A stretch of 64,000 nucleotides of DNA from Antedon mediterranea (GCF_964355755.1 NC_092670.1:27950388-28014387), one strand, 5' to 3'; positions 39,514 to 54,800 are shown, numbered from the stretch's first letter. Translations and numbers: made by a program. The notes: a model not told the origin generated them from the letters alone.

Positions 39514-42500
39514 TTGGTGTTTTTATGTTAACAAGTTTTTTCGAAAATCACAAAATGGTCTAAAATATCTCCAAATGCGATTTGAAGCTTTTCTAAGCAC
39601 TTTGGTGTTTTTATGTTAACAAGTTTTTTCGAAAATCACAAAATGGTCTAAAACGTCTCCAAATGTGATTTGAAGCTATTCTAAACACTTTGGTGTTTTT
39701 ATGTTAACAAGTTTTTTCGAAAATCACAAATTGGTCTAAAACGTCTCCAAATGCGATTTTAAGCAATTCTAAGCACTTTGGTGTTTTTATGTTAAAAAGT
39801 TTTTTTCGAAAATCACAAAATGGTCTAAAACCTCTCCAAATGCGATTTGAAGCTATTCTGTACACTTTGCTGTTTTGTGTGAATAATTTTTGTCGAAATG
39901 CTCAAAATGGTCAAAAACGTTTTTAAATACGATATTAAGCTATTTTGTGCTCTTTGATGTTTTTGTGTGAAAAGTTTTATCGAAATGCTCAAAATGGTCT
40001 AAAACGGTTTCTAATGTGATTTTAAGCACTTTGGTGTTTTTATGTTAACAAGTTTTTTCGAAAATCACAAAATGGTCTAAAACGTCTCCAAATGTGATTT
40101 GAAGCTATTTTAAACACTTTGGTGTTTTTATGTTAATAAGTTTTTTCGAAAATCACAAATTGGTCTAAAACGTCTCCAAATGCGATTTGAAGCTTTTCTA
40201 AGCACTTTGGTGTTTTTATGGTAACGAGTTATTTCGAAAATCACAAAATGGTCTAAAACGTCTCCAAATGCGATTTGAAGCTATTCTGTACACTTTGCTG
40301 TTTTGTGTGAATAATTTTTGTCAAAATGCTCAAAATGGTCAAAAACGTTTTTAAATACTATATTAAGCTATTTTGTGTTCTTTGATGTTTTTATGTGAAA
40401 AGTTTTATCGAAATGCTCAAAATGGTCTAAAACGGTTTCTAATGTGATTTTAAGAACTTTGATGTTTTTATGTTAAAAACTTTTTTAGAAAATCACAAAA
40501 TGGTCTAAAACGTCTCCAAATGCGATTTGAAGCAATTCTAAGCACTTTGGTGTTTTTATGTTAACACGTTTTTTCGAAAATCACAAAATGGTCTACAACG
40601 TCTCCAAATGCGATTTGAAGATATTCTAAGCACTTTGGTGTTTTTATGTTAACAAGTTTTTTCGAAAATCACAAAGTGGTATAAAACGTCTCCAAATGCG
40701 ATTTTAAGGTATTCTAAGCACTTTGGTGTTTTTATGTTAACAAGTTTTTTAGAAAATCACAAAATGGTCTAAAACGTCTCCAAATGCGATTTGAAGCAAT
40801 TCTAAGCACTTTGGTGTTTTTATGGTAACGAGTTTTTTTGAATATCACAAAATGGTCTAAAATGTCTCCAAATGCGATTTGAAGCTTTTCTAAGCACTTT
40901 GGTGTTTTTATGTTAACAAGTTTTTTCGAAAATCACAAAATGGTCTAAAACGTCTCCAAATGCGATTTGAAGCTATTCTGTACACTTTGCTGTTTTGTGT
41001 GAATAATTTTTGTCGAAATGCTCAAAATGGTCAAAAACGTTTTTAAATACGATATTAAGCTATTTTGTGCTCTTTGATGTTTTTGTGTGAAAAGTTTTAT
41101 CGAAATGCTCAAAATGGTCTAAAACGGTTTCTAATGTGATTTTAAGCACTTTGATGTTTTTATGTTAACAACTTTTTTAGAAAATCACAAAATGGTCTAA
41201 AACGTCTCCAAATGCGATTTGAAGCTTTTCTAAGCACTTTTGTGTTTTTATGTTTACAAGTTTTTTCGAAAATCACAAAATGGTCTAAAACGGCTCCAAA
41301 TACGATTTGAAGCTATTCTAAGCACTTTGGTGTTTTTATGTTAACAAGTTTTTTCGAAAATCACAAAATGGTCTAAAACGTCTCCAAATGCGATTTGAAG
41401 CTATTCTAAGCACTTTGGTGTTTTTATGTTAACAAGTTTTTTCGAAAATCACAAAATGGTGTAAAACGTCTCCAAATGCGATTTGAAGCTATTCTAAGCA
41501 ATTTTGTGTTTTTATGTTAACAAGTTTTTTCGAAAATCACAAAATGGTCTAAAACGTCTCCAAATGCGATTTGAAGCTATTCTAAGCACTTTTGTGTTTT
41601 TATGTTAACAAGTTTTTTCGAAAATCACAAAATTGTCTAAAATGTCTCAAAATGCGATTTGAAGCTATTCTTTACACTTTGCTGTTTTGTGTGAATAATT
41701 TTTGTCAAAATGCTCAAAATGGTCAAAAACGTTTTTAAATACTATATTAAGCTATTTTGTGTTCTTTGATGTTTTTGTGTGAAAAGTTTTTTCGAAATGC
41801 TCAAAATGGTCTAAAACGGTTTCTAATGTGATTTTAAGCACTTTGATGTTTTTATGTTAACAACTTTTTTAGAAAATTACAAAATGGTCTAAAACGTCTC
41901 CAAATGCGATTTGAAGCAATTCTAAGCACTTTGGTGTTTTTATGTTAACAAGTTTTTTCGAAAATCACAAAATGGTCTAAAACGTCTCCAAATGCGATTT
42001 GAAGCTATTCTGTACACTTTGCTGTTTTGTGTGAATAATTTTTGTTGAAATGCTCAAAATGGTCAAAAACGTTTTTAAATACGATATTAAGCTATTTTGT
42101 GCTCTTTGATGTTTTTGTGTGAAAAGTTTTATCGAAATGCTCAAAATGGTCTAAAACGGTTTCTAATGTGATTTTAAGCACTTTGGTGTTTTTATGTTAA
42201 CAAGTTTTTTCGAAATTCACAAAATGGTCTAAAATGTCTCCAAATGCGATTTGAAGCTTTTCTAAGCACTTTGGTGTTTTTATGTTAACAAGTTTTTTCG
42301 AAAATCACAAAATGGTCTAAAACGTCTCCAAATGTGATTTGAAGCTATTCTAAACACTTTGGTGTTTTTATGTTAACAAGTTTTTTCGAAAATCACAAAT
42401 TGGTCTAAAACGTCTCCAAATGCGATTTGAAGCTATTTTAAGCACTTTGGTGTTTTTGTGTAACCAAGTTTTTTCGAAAATCACAAAAGGGTCTAAAATG

Positions 42501-45500
42501 TCTCAAAATGCGATTTGAAGCTATTCTGTACACTTTGATGTTTTTTTGTTAACAAGTTTTTTCGAAAGTCACAAAATGGTCTAAAAAGTCTCCAAATGCG
42601 ATTTGAAGCTATTCTAAGCACTTTGGTGTTTTTATGTTAACAAGTTTTATCGAAAATCACAAAATGGTGTAAAACGTCTCCAAATGCGATTTGAAGCTAT
42701 TCTAAGCACTTTGGTGTTTTTATGTTAACAAGTTTTTTCGAAAATCACAAAATGGTGTAAAACGTCTCCAAATGCGATTTTAAGCTATTCTAAGCAATTT
42801 GGTGTTTTTATGTTAACAAGTTTTTTCGAAAATCACAAAATGGTCTAAAACGTCTCCAAATGCGATTTGAAGCTATTCTGTACACTTTGCTGTTTTGTGA
42901 GAATAATTTTTGTCGAAATGCTCAAAATGGTCAAAAACGTTTTTAAATACGATATTAAGCTATTTTGTGCTCTTTGATGTTTTTGTGTGAAAAGTTTTAT
43001 CGAAATGCTCAAAATGGTCTAAAACGGTTTCTAATGTGATTTTAAGCACTTTGATGTTTTTATGTTAACAACTTTTTTAGAAAATTACAAAATGGTGTAA
43101 AACGTCTCCAAATGCGATTTGAAGCTATTCTAAGCAATTTCGTGTTTTTATGTTAACAAGTTTTTTCGAAAATCACAAAATGGTCTAAAACGTCTCCAAA
43201 TGCGATTTGAAGCTATTCTAAGCACTTTTGTGTTTTTATGTTAACAAGTTTTTTCGAAAATCACAAAATGGTCTAAAATGTCTCCAAATGCGATTTTAAG
43301 GTATTCTAAGCACTTTGGTGTTTTTATGTTAACAAGTTTTTTCGAAAATCACAAAATGGTCTAAAACGTCTACAAATGCGATTTGAAGCTCTTCTAAGCA
43401 CTTTGGTGTTTTTATGTTAACAAGTTTTTTCGAAAATCACAAAATGGTATAAAACGTCTCCAAATGCGATTTGAAGATTTTCTAAGCACTTTGGTGTTTT
43501 TATGTTTACAAGTTTTTTCGAAAATCACAAAATGGTCTAAAACGTCTCCAAATGCGATTTGAAGCTATTCTGTACACTTTGCTGTTTTGTGTGAATAATT
43601 TTGTCAAAATGCTCAAAATGGTCAAAAACGTTTTTAAATACTATATTAAGCTATTTTGTGTTCTTTGATGTTTTTGTGTGAAAAGTTTTGTCGAAATGCT
43701 CAAAATGGTCTAAAACGGTTTCTAATGAAATGATTTTAAGAACTTTGATGTTTTTATGTTAACAACTTTTTTAGAAAATCACAAAATGGTCTAAAACGTC
43801 TCCAAATGCGATTTGAAGCAATTCTAAGCACTTTGGTGTTTTTATGTTAACAAGTTTTTTCGAAAATCACAAAATGGTATAAAACGTCTCCAAATGCGAT
43901 TTTAAGGTATTCTAAGCACTTTGGTGATTTTATGTTAACAAGTTTTTTCGAAAATCACAAAATGGTCTAAAACGTCTACAAATGCGATTTGAAGCTATTC
44001 TAAGCACTTTGGTGTTTTTATGTTAACAAGTTTTTTCGAAAATCACAAAATGGTATAAAACGTCTCCAAATGCGATTTTAAGCTATTCTAAGCAATTTGG
44101 TGTTTTTATGTTAACAAGTTTTTTCGAAAATCACAAAATGGTCGAAAATGTCACAAAATGCGATTTGAAGCTATTCTAAGCACTTTGGTGTTATTATGTT
44201 AACAAGTTTTTTCGAAAATCACAAATTGGTCTAAAACGTCTCCAAATGCGATTTGAAGCTATTTTAAGCACTTTGGTGTTTTTGTGTAACCAAGTTTTTT
44301 CGAAAATCACAAAAGGGTCTAAAATGTCTCAAAATGCGATTTGAAGCTATTCTGTACACTTTGATGTTTTTTTGTTAACAAGTTTTTTCGAAAGTCACAA
44401 AATGGTCTAAAACGTCTCCAAATGCGATTTGAAGCTATTCTAAGCACTTTGGTGTTTTTATGTTAACAAGTTTTTTCGAAAATCACAAAATGGTGTAAAA
44501 CGTCTCCAAATGCGATTTGAAGCTATTCTAAGCACTTTGGTGTTTTTATGTTAACAAGTTTTTTCGAAAATCACAAAATGGTGTAAAACTTCTCCAAATA
44601 CGATTTTAAGCTATTCTAAGCAATTTGGTGTTTTTATGTTAACAAGTTTTTTCGAAAATCACAAAATGGTCTAAAACGTCTCCAAATGCGATTTGAAGCT
44701 ATTCTGTACACTTTGCTGTTTTGTGTGAATAATTTTTGTTGAAATGCTCAAAATGGTCAAAAACGTTTTTAAATACTATATTAAGCTATTTTGTGTTCTT
44801 TGATGTTTTTGTGTGAAAAGTTTTATCGAAATGCTCAAAATGGTCTAAAACAGTTTCTAATGTGATTTTAAGCACTTTGATGTTTTTATGTTAACAACTT
44901 TTTTAGAAAATCACAAAATGGTCTAAAACGTCTCCAAATGCGATTTGAAGCAATTCTAAGCACTTTGGTGCTTTTATGTTAACAAGTTTTTTCGAAAATC
45001 ACAAAATGGTATAAAACGTCTCCAAATGCGATTTGAAGCAATTCTAAGCACTTTGGTGTTTTTATGTTAACAAGTTTTTTCGAAAATCACAAAATGGTAT
45101 AAAACGTCTCCAAATGCGATTTTAAGGTATTCTAAGCACTTTGGTGTTTTTATGTTAACAAGTTTTTTCGAAAATCACAAAATGGTCTAAAACGTCTCCA
45201 AATGCGATTTGAAGCTATTCTGTACACTTTGCTGTTTTGTGTGAATAATTTTTGTCGAAATGCTCAAAATGGTCAAAAACGTTTTTAAATACGATATTAA
45301 GCTATTTTGTGCTCTTTGATGTTTTTGTGTGAAAAGTTTTATCGAAATGCTCAAAATGGTCTAAAACGGTTTCTAATGTGATTTTAAGCACTTTGATGTT
45401 TTTATGTTAACAACTTTTTTAGAAAATCACAAAATGGTCTAAAACGTCTCCAAATGCGATTTGAAGCAATTCTAAGCACTTTGGTGTTTTTATGGTAACG

Positions 45501-48500
45501 AGTTTTTTTGAATATCACAAAATGGTCTAAAACGTCTCCAAATGCGATTTGAAGCTATTCTAAGCACTTTGGTGTTTTTATGTTAACAAGTTTTTTCGAA
45601 AATCACAAAATGGTGTAAAACGTCTCCAAATGCGATTTGAAGCTATTCTAAGCACTTTGGTGTTATTATGTTAACAAGTTTTTTCGAAAATCACAAATTG
45701 GTCTAAAACGTCTCCAAATGCGATTTGAAGCTATTTTAAGCACTTTGGTGTTTTTGTGTAACCAAGTTTTTTCGAAAATCACAAAAGGGTCTAAAATGTC
45801 TCAAAATGCGATTTGAAGCTATTCTGTACACTTTGATGTTTTTTTGTTAACATGTCTCAAAATGCGATTTGAAGCTATTCTGTACACTTTGATGTTTTTT
45901 TGTTAACAAGTTTTTTCGAAAGTCACAAAATGGTCTAAAACGTCTCCAAATGCGATTTGAAGCTATTCTAAGCACTTTGGTGTTTTTATGTTAACAAGTT
46001 TTTTCGAAAATCACAAAATGGTGTAAAACGTCTCCAAATGCGATTTGAAGCTATTCTAAGCACTTTGGTGTTTTTATGTTAACAAGTTTTTTCGAAAATC
46101 ACAAAATGGTGTAAAACTTCTCCAAATACGATTTTAAGCTATTCTAAGCAATTTGGTGTTTTTATGTTAACAAGTTTTTTCGAAAATCACAAAATGGTCT
46201 AAAACGTCTCCAAATGCGATTTGAAGCTATTCTGTACACTTTGCTGTTTTGTGTGAATAATTTTTGTCAAAATGCTCAAAATGGTCAAAAACGTTTTTAA
46301 ATACTATATTAAGCTATTTTGTGTTCTTTGATGTTTTTGTGTGAAAAGTTTTATCGAAATGCTCAAAATGGTCTAAAACGGTTTCTAATGAAATGATTTT
46401 AAGAACTTTGATGTTTTTATGTTAACAACTTTTTTAGAAAATCACAAAATGGTCTAAAACGTCTCCAAATGCGATTTGAAGCAATTCTAAGCACTTTGGT
46501 GTTTTTATGTTAACAAGTTTTTTCGAAAATCACAAAATGGTATAAAACGTCTCCAAATGCGATTTTAAGGTATTCTAAGCACTTTGGTGTTTTTATGTTA
46601 ACAAGTTTTTTCGAAAATCACAAAATGGTCTAAAACGTCTACAAATGCGATTTGAAGCTATTGTAAGCACTTTGGTGTTTTTATGTTAACAAGTTTTTTC
46701 GAAAATCACAAAATGGTCTAAAACGTCTCCAAATGCGATTTGAAGCTATTCTGTACACTTTGCTGTTTTGTGTGAATAATTTTTGTCGAAATGCTCAAAG
46801 TGGTCAAAAACGTTTTTAAATACGATATTAAGCTATTTTGTGCTCTTTGATGTTTTTGTGTGAAAAGTTTTATCGAAATGCTCAAAATGGTCTAAAACGG
46901 TTTCTAATGTGATTTTAAGCACTTTGATGTTTTTATGTTAACAACTTTTTTAGAAAATCACAAAATGGTCTAAAACGTCTCCAAATGCGATTTGAAGTAA
47001 TTCTAAGCACTTTGGTGTTTTTATGGTAACGAGTTTTTTTGAATATCACAAAATGGTCTAAAATTTCTCCAAATGCGATTTGAAGCTTTTCTAAGCACTT
47101 TAGTGTTTTTATGGTAACGAGTTATTTCGAAAATCACAAAATGGTCTAAAACGTCTCCAAATGCGATTTGAAGCTATTCTGTACACTTTGCTGTTTTGTG
47201 TGAATATTTTTTGTCAAAATGCTCAAAATGGTCAAAAACGTTTTTTAATACTATATTAAGCTATTTTGTGCTCTTTGATGTTTTTGTGTGAAAAGTTTTA
47301 TCGAAATGCTCAAAATGGTCTAAAACGGTTTCTAATGTGATTTTAAGCACTTTGATGTTTTTATGTTAACAACTTTTTTAGAAAATTACAAAATGGTGTA
47401 AAACGTCTCCAAATGCGATTTGAAGCTATTCTAAGCACTTTGGTGTTTTTATGGTAACGAGTTTTTTTGAATATCACAAAATGGTCTAAAATGTCTCCAA
47501 ATGCGATTTGAAGCTTTTCTAAGCACTTTGGTGTTTTTATGTTAACAAGTTTTTTCGAAAATCACAAAATGGTCTAAAACGTCTCCAAATGTGATTTGAA
47601 GCTATTCTAAACACTTTGGTGTTTTTATGTTAACAAGTTTTTTCGAAAATCACAAATTGGTCTAAAACGTCTCCAAATGCGATTTGAAGCTAGTTTAAGC
47701 ACTTTGGTGTTTTTGTGTAACCAAGTTTTTTCGAAAATCACAAAAGGGTCTAAAATGTCTCAAAATGCGATTTGAAGCTATTCTGTACACTTTGATGTTT
47801 TTTTTGTTAACAAGTTTTTTCGAAAGTCACAAAATGGTCTAAAACGTCTCCAAATGCGATTTGAAGCTATTCTAAGCACTTTGGTGTTTTTATGTTAACA
47901 AGTTTTTTCGAAAATCACAAAATGGTGTAAAACGTCTCCAAATGCGATTTGAAGCTATTCTAAGCAATTTGGTGTTTTTATGTTAACAAGTTTTTTCGAA
48001 AATCACAAAATGGTGTAAAACGTCTCCAAATGCGATTTTAAGCTATTCTAAGCAATTTGGTGTTCTTTTATGTTAACAAGTTTTTTCGAAAATCACAAAA
48101 TGGTCTAAAACGTCTCCAAATGCGATTTGAAGCTATTCTGTACACTTTGCTGTTTTGTGAGAATAATTTTTGTCGAAATGCTCAAAATGGTCAAAAACGT
48201 TTTTAAATACGATATTAAGCTATTTTGTGCTCTTTGATGTTTTTGTGTGAAAAGTTTTATCGAAATGCTCAAAATGGTCTAAAACGGTTTCTAATGTGAT
48301 TTTAAGCACTTTGGTGTTTTTATGTTAACAAGTTTTTTCGAAAATCACAAAATGGTCTAAAACGTCTCCAAATGTGATTTGAAGCTATTCTAAACACTTT
48401 GGTGTTTTTATGTTAACAAGTTTTTTCGAAAATCACAAATTGGTCTAAAACGTCTCCAAATGCGATTTGAAGCTATTTTAAGCACTTTGGTGTTTTTGTG

Positions 48501-51500
48501 TAACCAAGTTTTTTCGAAAATCACAAAAGGGTCTAAAATGTCTCAAAATGCGATTTGAAGCTATTCTGTACACTTTGATGTTTTTTTGTTAACAAGTTTT
48601 TTCGAAAGTCACAAAATGGTCTAAAACGTCTCCAAATGCGATTTGAAGCTATTCTAAGCACTTTGCTGTTTTGTGTGAATAATTTTTGTCGAAATGCTCA
48701 AAATGGTCAAAAACGTTTTTAAATACGATATTAAGCTATTTTGTGCTCTTTGATGTTTTTGTGTGAAAAGTTTTATCGAAATGCTCAAAATGGTCTAAAA
48801 CGGTTTCTAATGTGATTTTAAGCACTTTGATGTTTTTATGTTAACAACTTTTTTAGAAAATCACAAAATGGTCTAAAACGTCTCCAAATGCGATTTGAAG
48901 CAATTCTAAGCACTTTGGTGTTTTTATGGTAACGAGTTTTTTTGAATATCACAAAATGGTCTAAAATGTCTCCAAATGCGATTTGAAGCTTTTCTAAGCA
49001 CATTGGTGTTTTTATGTTAACAAGTTTTTTCGAAAATCACAAAATGGTCTAAAACGTCTCCAAATGCGATTTGAAGCTATTCTGTACACTTTGCTGTTTT
49101 GTGTGAATAATTTTTGTCGAAATGCTCAAAATGGTCAAAAACGTTTTTAAATACGATATTAAGCTATTTTGTGCTCTTTTATGTTTTTGTGTGAAAAGTT
49201 TTATCGAAATGCTCAAAATGGTCTAAAACGGTTTCTAATGTGATTTTAAGCACTTTGATGTTTTTATGTTAACAACTTTTTTAGAAAATCACAAAATGGT
49301 CTAAAACGTCTCCAAATGCGATTTGAAGCAATTCTAAGCACTTTGGTGTTTTTATGGTAACGAGTTTTTTTGAATATCACAAAATGGTCTAAAATGTCTC
49401 CAAATGCGATTTGAAGCTTTTCTAAGCACTTTGGTGTTTTTATGGTAACGAGTTATTTCGAAAATCACAAAATGGTCTAAAACGTCTCCAAATGCGATTT
49501 GAAGCTATTCTGTACACTTTGCTGTTTTGTGTGAATAATTTTTGTCAAAATGCTCAAAATGGTCAAAAACGTTTTTAAATACTATATTAAGCTATTTTGT
49601 GCTCTTTGATGTTTTTGTGTGAAAAGTTTTATCGAAATGCTCAAAATGGTCTAAAACGGTTTCTAATGTGATTTTAAGCACTTTGATGTTTTTATGTTAA
49701 CAACTTTTTTAGAAAATTACAAATTGGTGTAAAACGTCTCCAAATGCGATTTGAAGCTATTCTAAGCAATTTGGTGTTTTTATGTTAACAAGTTTTTTCG
49801 AAAATCACAAAATGGTCTAAAACGTCTCCAAATGCGATTTGAAGCTATTCTAAGCACTTTTGTGTTTTTATGTTAACAAGTTTTTTCGAAAATCACAAAA
49901 TGGTCTAAAATGTCTCCAAATGCGATTTGAAGCTTTTCTAAGCACTTTTGTGTTTTTATGTTTACAAGTTTTTTCGAAAATCACAAAATGGTCTAAAACG
50001 TCTCCAAATGCGATTTGAAGCTATTCTGTACACTTTGCTGTTTTGTGTGAATAATTTTTGTCAAAATGCTCAAAATGGTCAAAAACGTTTTTAAATACTA
50101 TATTAAGCTATTTTGTGTTCTTTGATGTTTTTATGTGAAAAGTTTTATCGAAATGCTCAAAATGGTCTAAAACGGTTTCTAATGTGATTTTAAGAACTTT
50201 GATGTTTTTATGTTAAAAACTTTTTTAGAAAATCACAAAATGGTCTAAAACGTCTCCAAATGCGATTTGAAGCAATTCTAAGCACTTTGGTGTTTTTATG
50301 TTAACACGTTTTTTCGAAAATCACAAAATGGTCTACAACGTCTCCAAATGCGATTTGAAGCTATTCTAAGCACTTTGGTGTTTTTATGTTAACAAGTTTT
50401 TTCGAAAATCACAAAGTGGTATAAAACGTCTCCAAATGCGATTTTAATGTATTCTAAGCACTTTGGTGTTTTTATGTTAACAAGTTTTTTCGAAAATCAC
50501 AAAATGGTCTAAAACGTCTCCAAATGTGATTTGAAGCTATTCTAAACACTTTGGTGTTTTTATGTTAACAAGTTTTTTCGAAAATCACAAATTGGTCTAA
50601 AACGTCTCCAAATGCGATTTGAAGCTATTTTAAGCACTTTGGTGTTTTTGTGTAACCAAGTTTTTTCGAAAATCACAAAAGGGTCTAAAATGTCTCAAAA
50701 TGCGATTTGAAGCTATTCTGTACACTTTGATGTTTTTATGTTAACAACTTTTTTAGAAAATCACAAAATGGTCTAAAACGTCTCCAAATGCGATTTGAAG
50801 CAATTCTAAGCACTTTGGTGTTTTTATGGTAACGAGTTTTTTTGAATATCACAAAATGGTCTAAAATGTCTCCAAATGCGATTTGAAGCTTTTCTAAGCA
50901 CGTTGGTGTTTTTATGTTTACAAGTTTTTTCGAAAATCACAAAATGGTCTAAAACGGCTCCAAATACGATTTGAAGCTATTCTAAGCACTTTGGTGTTTT
51001 TATGTTAACAAGTTTTTTCGAAAATCACAAAATGGTCTAAAACGTCTCCAAATGCGATTTGAAGCTATTCTAAGCACTTTGGTGTTTTTATGTTAACAAG
51101 TTTTTTCGAAAATCACAAAATGGTGTAAAACGTCTCCAAATGCGATTTGAAGCTATTCTAAGCAATTTTGTGTTTTTATGTTAACAAGTTTTTTCGAAAA
51201 TCACAAAATGGTCTAAAACGTCTCCAAATGCGATTTGAAGCTATTCTAAGCACTTTTGTGTTTTTATGTTAACAAGTTTTTTCGAAAATCACAAAATGGT
51301 CTAAAATGTCTCAAAATGCGATTTGAAGCTATTCTGTACACTTTGCTGTTTTGTGTGAATAATTTTTGTCAAAATGCTCAAAATGGTCAAAAACGTTTTT
51401 AAATACTATATTAAGCTATTTTGTGTTCTTTGATGTTTTTGTGTGAAAAGTTTTTTCGAAATGCTCAAAATGGTCTAAAACGGTTTCTAATGTGATTTTA

Positions 51501-51846
51501 AGCACTTTGATGTTTTTATGTTAACAACTTTTTTAGAAAATTACAAAATGGTCTAAAACGTCTCCAAATGCAATTTGAAGCAATTCTAAGCACTTTGGTG
51601 TTTTTATGTTAACAAGTTTTTTCGAAAATCACAAAATGGTCTAAAACGTCTCCAAATGCTATTTGAAGCTATTCTGTACACTTTGCTGTTTTGTGTGAAT
51701 AATTTTTGTTGAAATGCTCAAAATGGTCAAAAACGTTTTTAAATACGATATTAAGCTATTTTGTGCTCTTTGATGTTTTTGTGTGAAAAGTTTTATCGAA
51801 ATGCTCAAAATGGTCTAAAACAGTTTCTAATGTGATTTTAAGCACT
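39514..51846 (+). repeat. Large higher-order unit X, copy 2 (12,333 bp)
   Basis: Markers lie at 39567/51900, 35732/48065 and 34914/47247. It carries the 56-bp duplication and X-specific variants at offset 23,486 from copy 1. Confidence 0.9.
45796..45907 (+). repeat. 56-bp sub-monomer tandem duplication, copy 2
   Basis: The same junction GTTAACATGTCTC is present, with the second unit starting at 45852. Confidence 0.95.
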
Positions 51847-54800
51847 TTGGTGTTTTTATGTTAACAAGTTTTTTCGAAAATCACAAAATGGTCTAAAATA
51901 TCTCCAAATGCGATTTGAAGCTTTTCTAAGCACTTTGGTGTTTTTATGTTAACAAGTTTTTTCGAAAATCACAAAATGGTCTAAAACGTCTCCAAATGTG
52001 ATTTGAAGCTATTCTAAACACTTTGGTGTTTTTATGTTAACAAGTTTTTTCGAAAATCACAAATTGGTCTAAAACGTCTCCAAATGCGATTTTAAGCAAT
52101 TCTAAGCACTTTGGTGTTTTTATGTTAAAAAGTTTTTTTCGAAAATCACAAAATGGTCTAAAACCTCTCCAAATGCGATTTGAAGCTATTCTGTACACTT
52201 TGCTGTTTTGTGTGAATAATTTTTGTCGAAATGCTCAAAATGGTCAAAAACGTTTTTAAATACGATATTAAGCTATTTTGTGCTCTTTGATGTTTTTGTG
52301 TGAAAAGTTTTATCGAAATGCTCAAAATGGTCTAAAACGGTTTCTAATGTGATTTTAAGCACTTTGGTGTTTTTATGTTAACAAGTTTTTTCGAAAATCA
52401 CAAAATGGTCTAAAACGTCTCCAAATGTGATTTGAAGCTATTTTAAACACTTTGGTGTTTTTATGTTAATAAGTTTTTTCGAAAATCACAAATTGGTCTA
52501 AAACGTCTCCAAATGCGATTTGAAGCTTTTCTAAGCACTTTGGTGTTTTTATGGTAACGAGTTATTTCGAAAATCACAAAATGGTCTAAAACGTCTCCAA
52601 ATGCGATTTGAAGCTATTCTGTACACTTTGCTGTTTTGTGTGAATAATTTTTGTCAAAATGCTCAAAATGGTCAAAAACGTTTTTAAATACTATATTAAG
52701 CTATTTTGTGTTCTTTGATGTTTTTATGTGAAAAGTTTTATCGAAATGCTCAAAATGGTCTAAAACGGTTTCTAATGTGATTTTAAGAACTTTGATGTTT
52801 TTATGTTAAAAACTTTTTTAGAAAATCACAAAATGGTCTAAAACGTCTCCAAATGCGATTTGAAGCAATTCTAAGCACTTTGGTGTTTTTATGTTAACAC
52901 GTTTTTTCGAAAATCACAAAATGGTCTACAACGTCTCCAAATGCGATTTGAAGATATTCTAAGCACTTTGGTGTTTTTATGTTAACAAGTTTTTTCGAAA
53001 ATCACAAAGTGGTATAAAACGTCTCCAAATGCGATTTTAAGGTATTCTAAGCACTTTGGTGTTTTTATGTTAACAAGTTTTTTAGAAAATCACAAAATGG
53101 TCTAAAACGTCTCCAAATGCGATTTGAAGCAATTCTAAGCACTTTGGTGTTTTTATGGTAACGAGTTTTTTTGAATATCACAAAATGGTCTAAAATGTCT
53201 CCAAATGCGATTTGAAGCTTTTCTAAGCACTTTGGTGTTTTTATGTTAACAAGTTTTTTCGAAAATCACAAAATGGTCTAAAACGTCTCCAAATGCGATT
53301 TGAAGCTATTCTGTACACTTTGCTGTTTTGTGTGAATAATTTTTGTCGAAATGCTCAAAATGGTCAAAAACGTTTTTAAATACGATATTAAGCTATTTTG
53401 TGCTCTTTGATGTTTTTGTGTGAAAAGTTTTATCGAAATGCTCAAAATGGTCTAAAACGGTTTCTAATGTGATTTTAAGCACTTTGATGTTTTTATGTTA
53501 ACAACTTTTTTAGAAAATCACAAAATGGTCTAAAACGTCTCCAAATGCGATTTGAAGCTTTTCTAAGCACTTTTGTGTTTTTTTGTGTTTACAAGTTTTT
53601 TCGAAAATCACAAAATGGTCTAAAACGGCTCCAAATACGATTTGAAGCTATTCTAAGCACTTTGGTGTTTTTATGTTAACAAGTTTTTTCGAAAATCACA
53701 AAATGGTCTAAAACGTCTCCAAATGCGATTTGAAGCTATTCTAAGCACTTTGGTGTTTTTATGTTAACAAGTTTTTTCGAAAATCACAAAATGGTGTAAA
53801 ACGTCTCCAAATGCGATTTGAAGCTATTCTAAGCAATTTTGTGTTTTTATGTTAACAAGTTTTTTCGAAAATCACAAAATGGTCTAAAACGTCTCCAAAT
53901 GCGATTTGAAGCTATTCTAAGCACTTTTGTGTTTTTATGTTAACAAGTTTTTTCGAAAATCACAAAATTGTCTAAAATGTCTCAAAATGCGATTTGAAGC
54001 TATTCTTTACACTTTGCTGTTTTGTGTGAATAATTTTTGTCAAAATGCTCAAAATGGTCAAAAACGTTTTTAAATACTATATTAAGCTATTTTGTGTTCT
54101 TTGATGTTTTTGTGTGAAAAGTTTTTTCGAAATGCTCAAAATGGTCTAAAACGGTTTCTAATGTGATTTTAAGCACTTTGATGTTTTTATGTTAACAACT
54201 TTTTTAGAAAATTACAAAATGGTCTAAAACGTCTCCAAATGCGATTTGAAGCAATTCTAAGCACTTTGGTGTTTTTATGTTAACAAGTTTTTTCGAAAAT
54301 CACAAAATGGTCTAAAACGTCTCCAAATGCGATTTGAAGCTATTCTGTACACTTTGCTGTTTTGTGTGAATAATTTTTGTTGAAATGCTCAAAATGGTCA
54401 AAAACGTTTTTAAATACGATATTAAGCTATTTTGTGCTCTTTGATGTTTTTGTGTGAAAAGTTTTATCGAAATGCTCAAAATGGTCTAAAACGGTTTCTA
54501 ATGTGATTTTAAGCACTTTGGTGTTTTTATGTTAACAAGTTTTTTCGAAAATCACAAAATGGTCTAAAATGTCTCCAAATGCGATTTGAAGCTTTTCTAA
54601 GCACTTTGGTGTTTTTATGTTAACAAGTTTTTTCGAAAATCACAAAATGGTCTAAAACGTCTCCAAATGTGATTTGAAGCTATTCTAAACACTTTGGTGT
54701 TTTTATGTTAACAAGTTTTTTCGAAAATCACAAATTGGTCTAAAACGTCTCCAAATGCGATTTGAAGCTATTTTAAGCACTTTGGTGTTTTTGTGTAACC

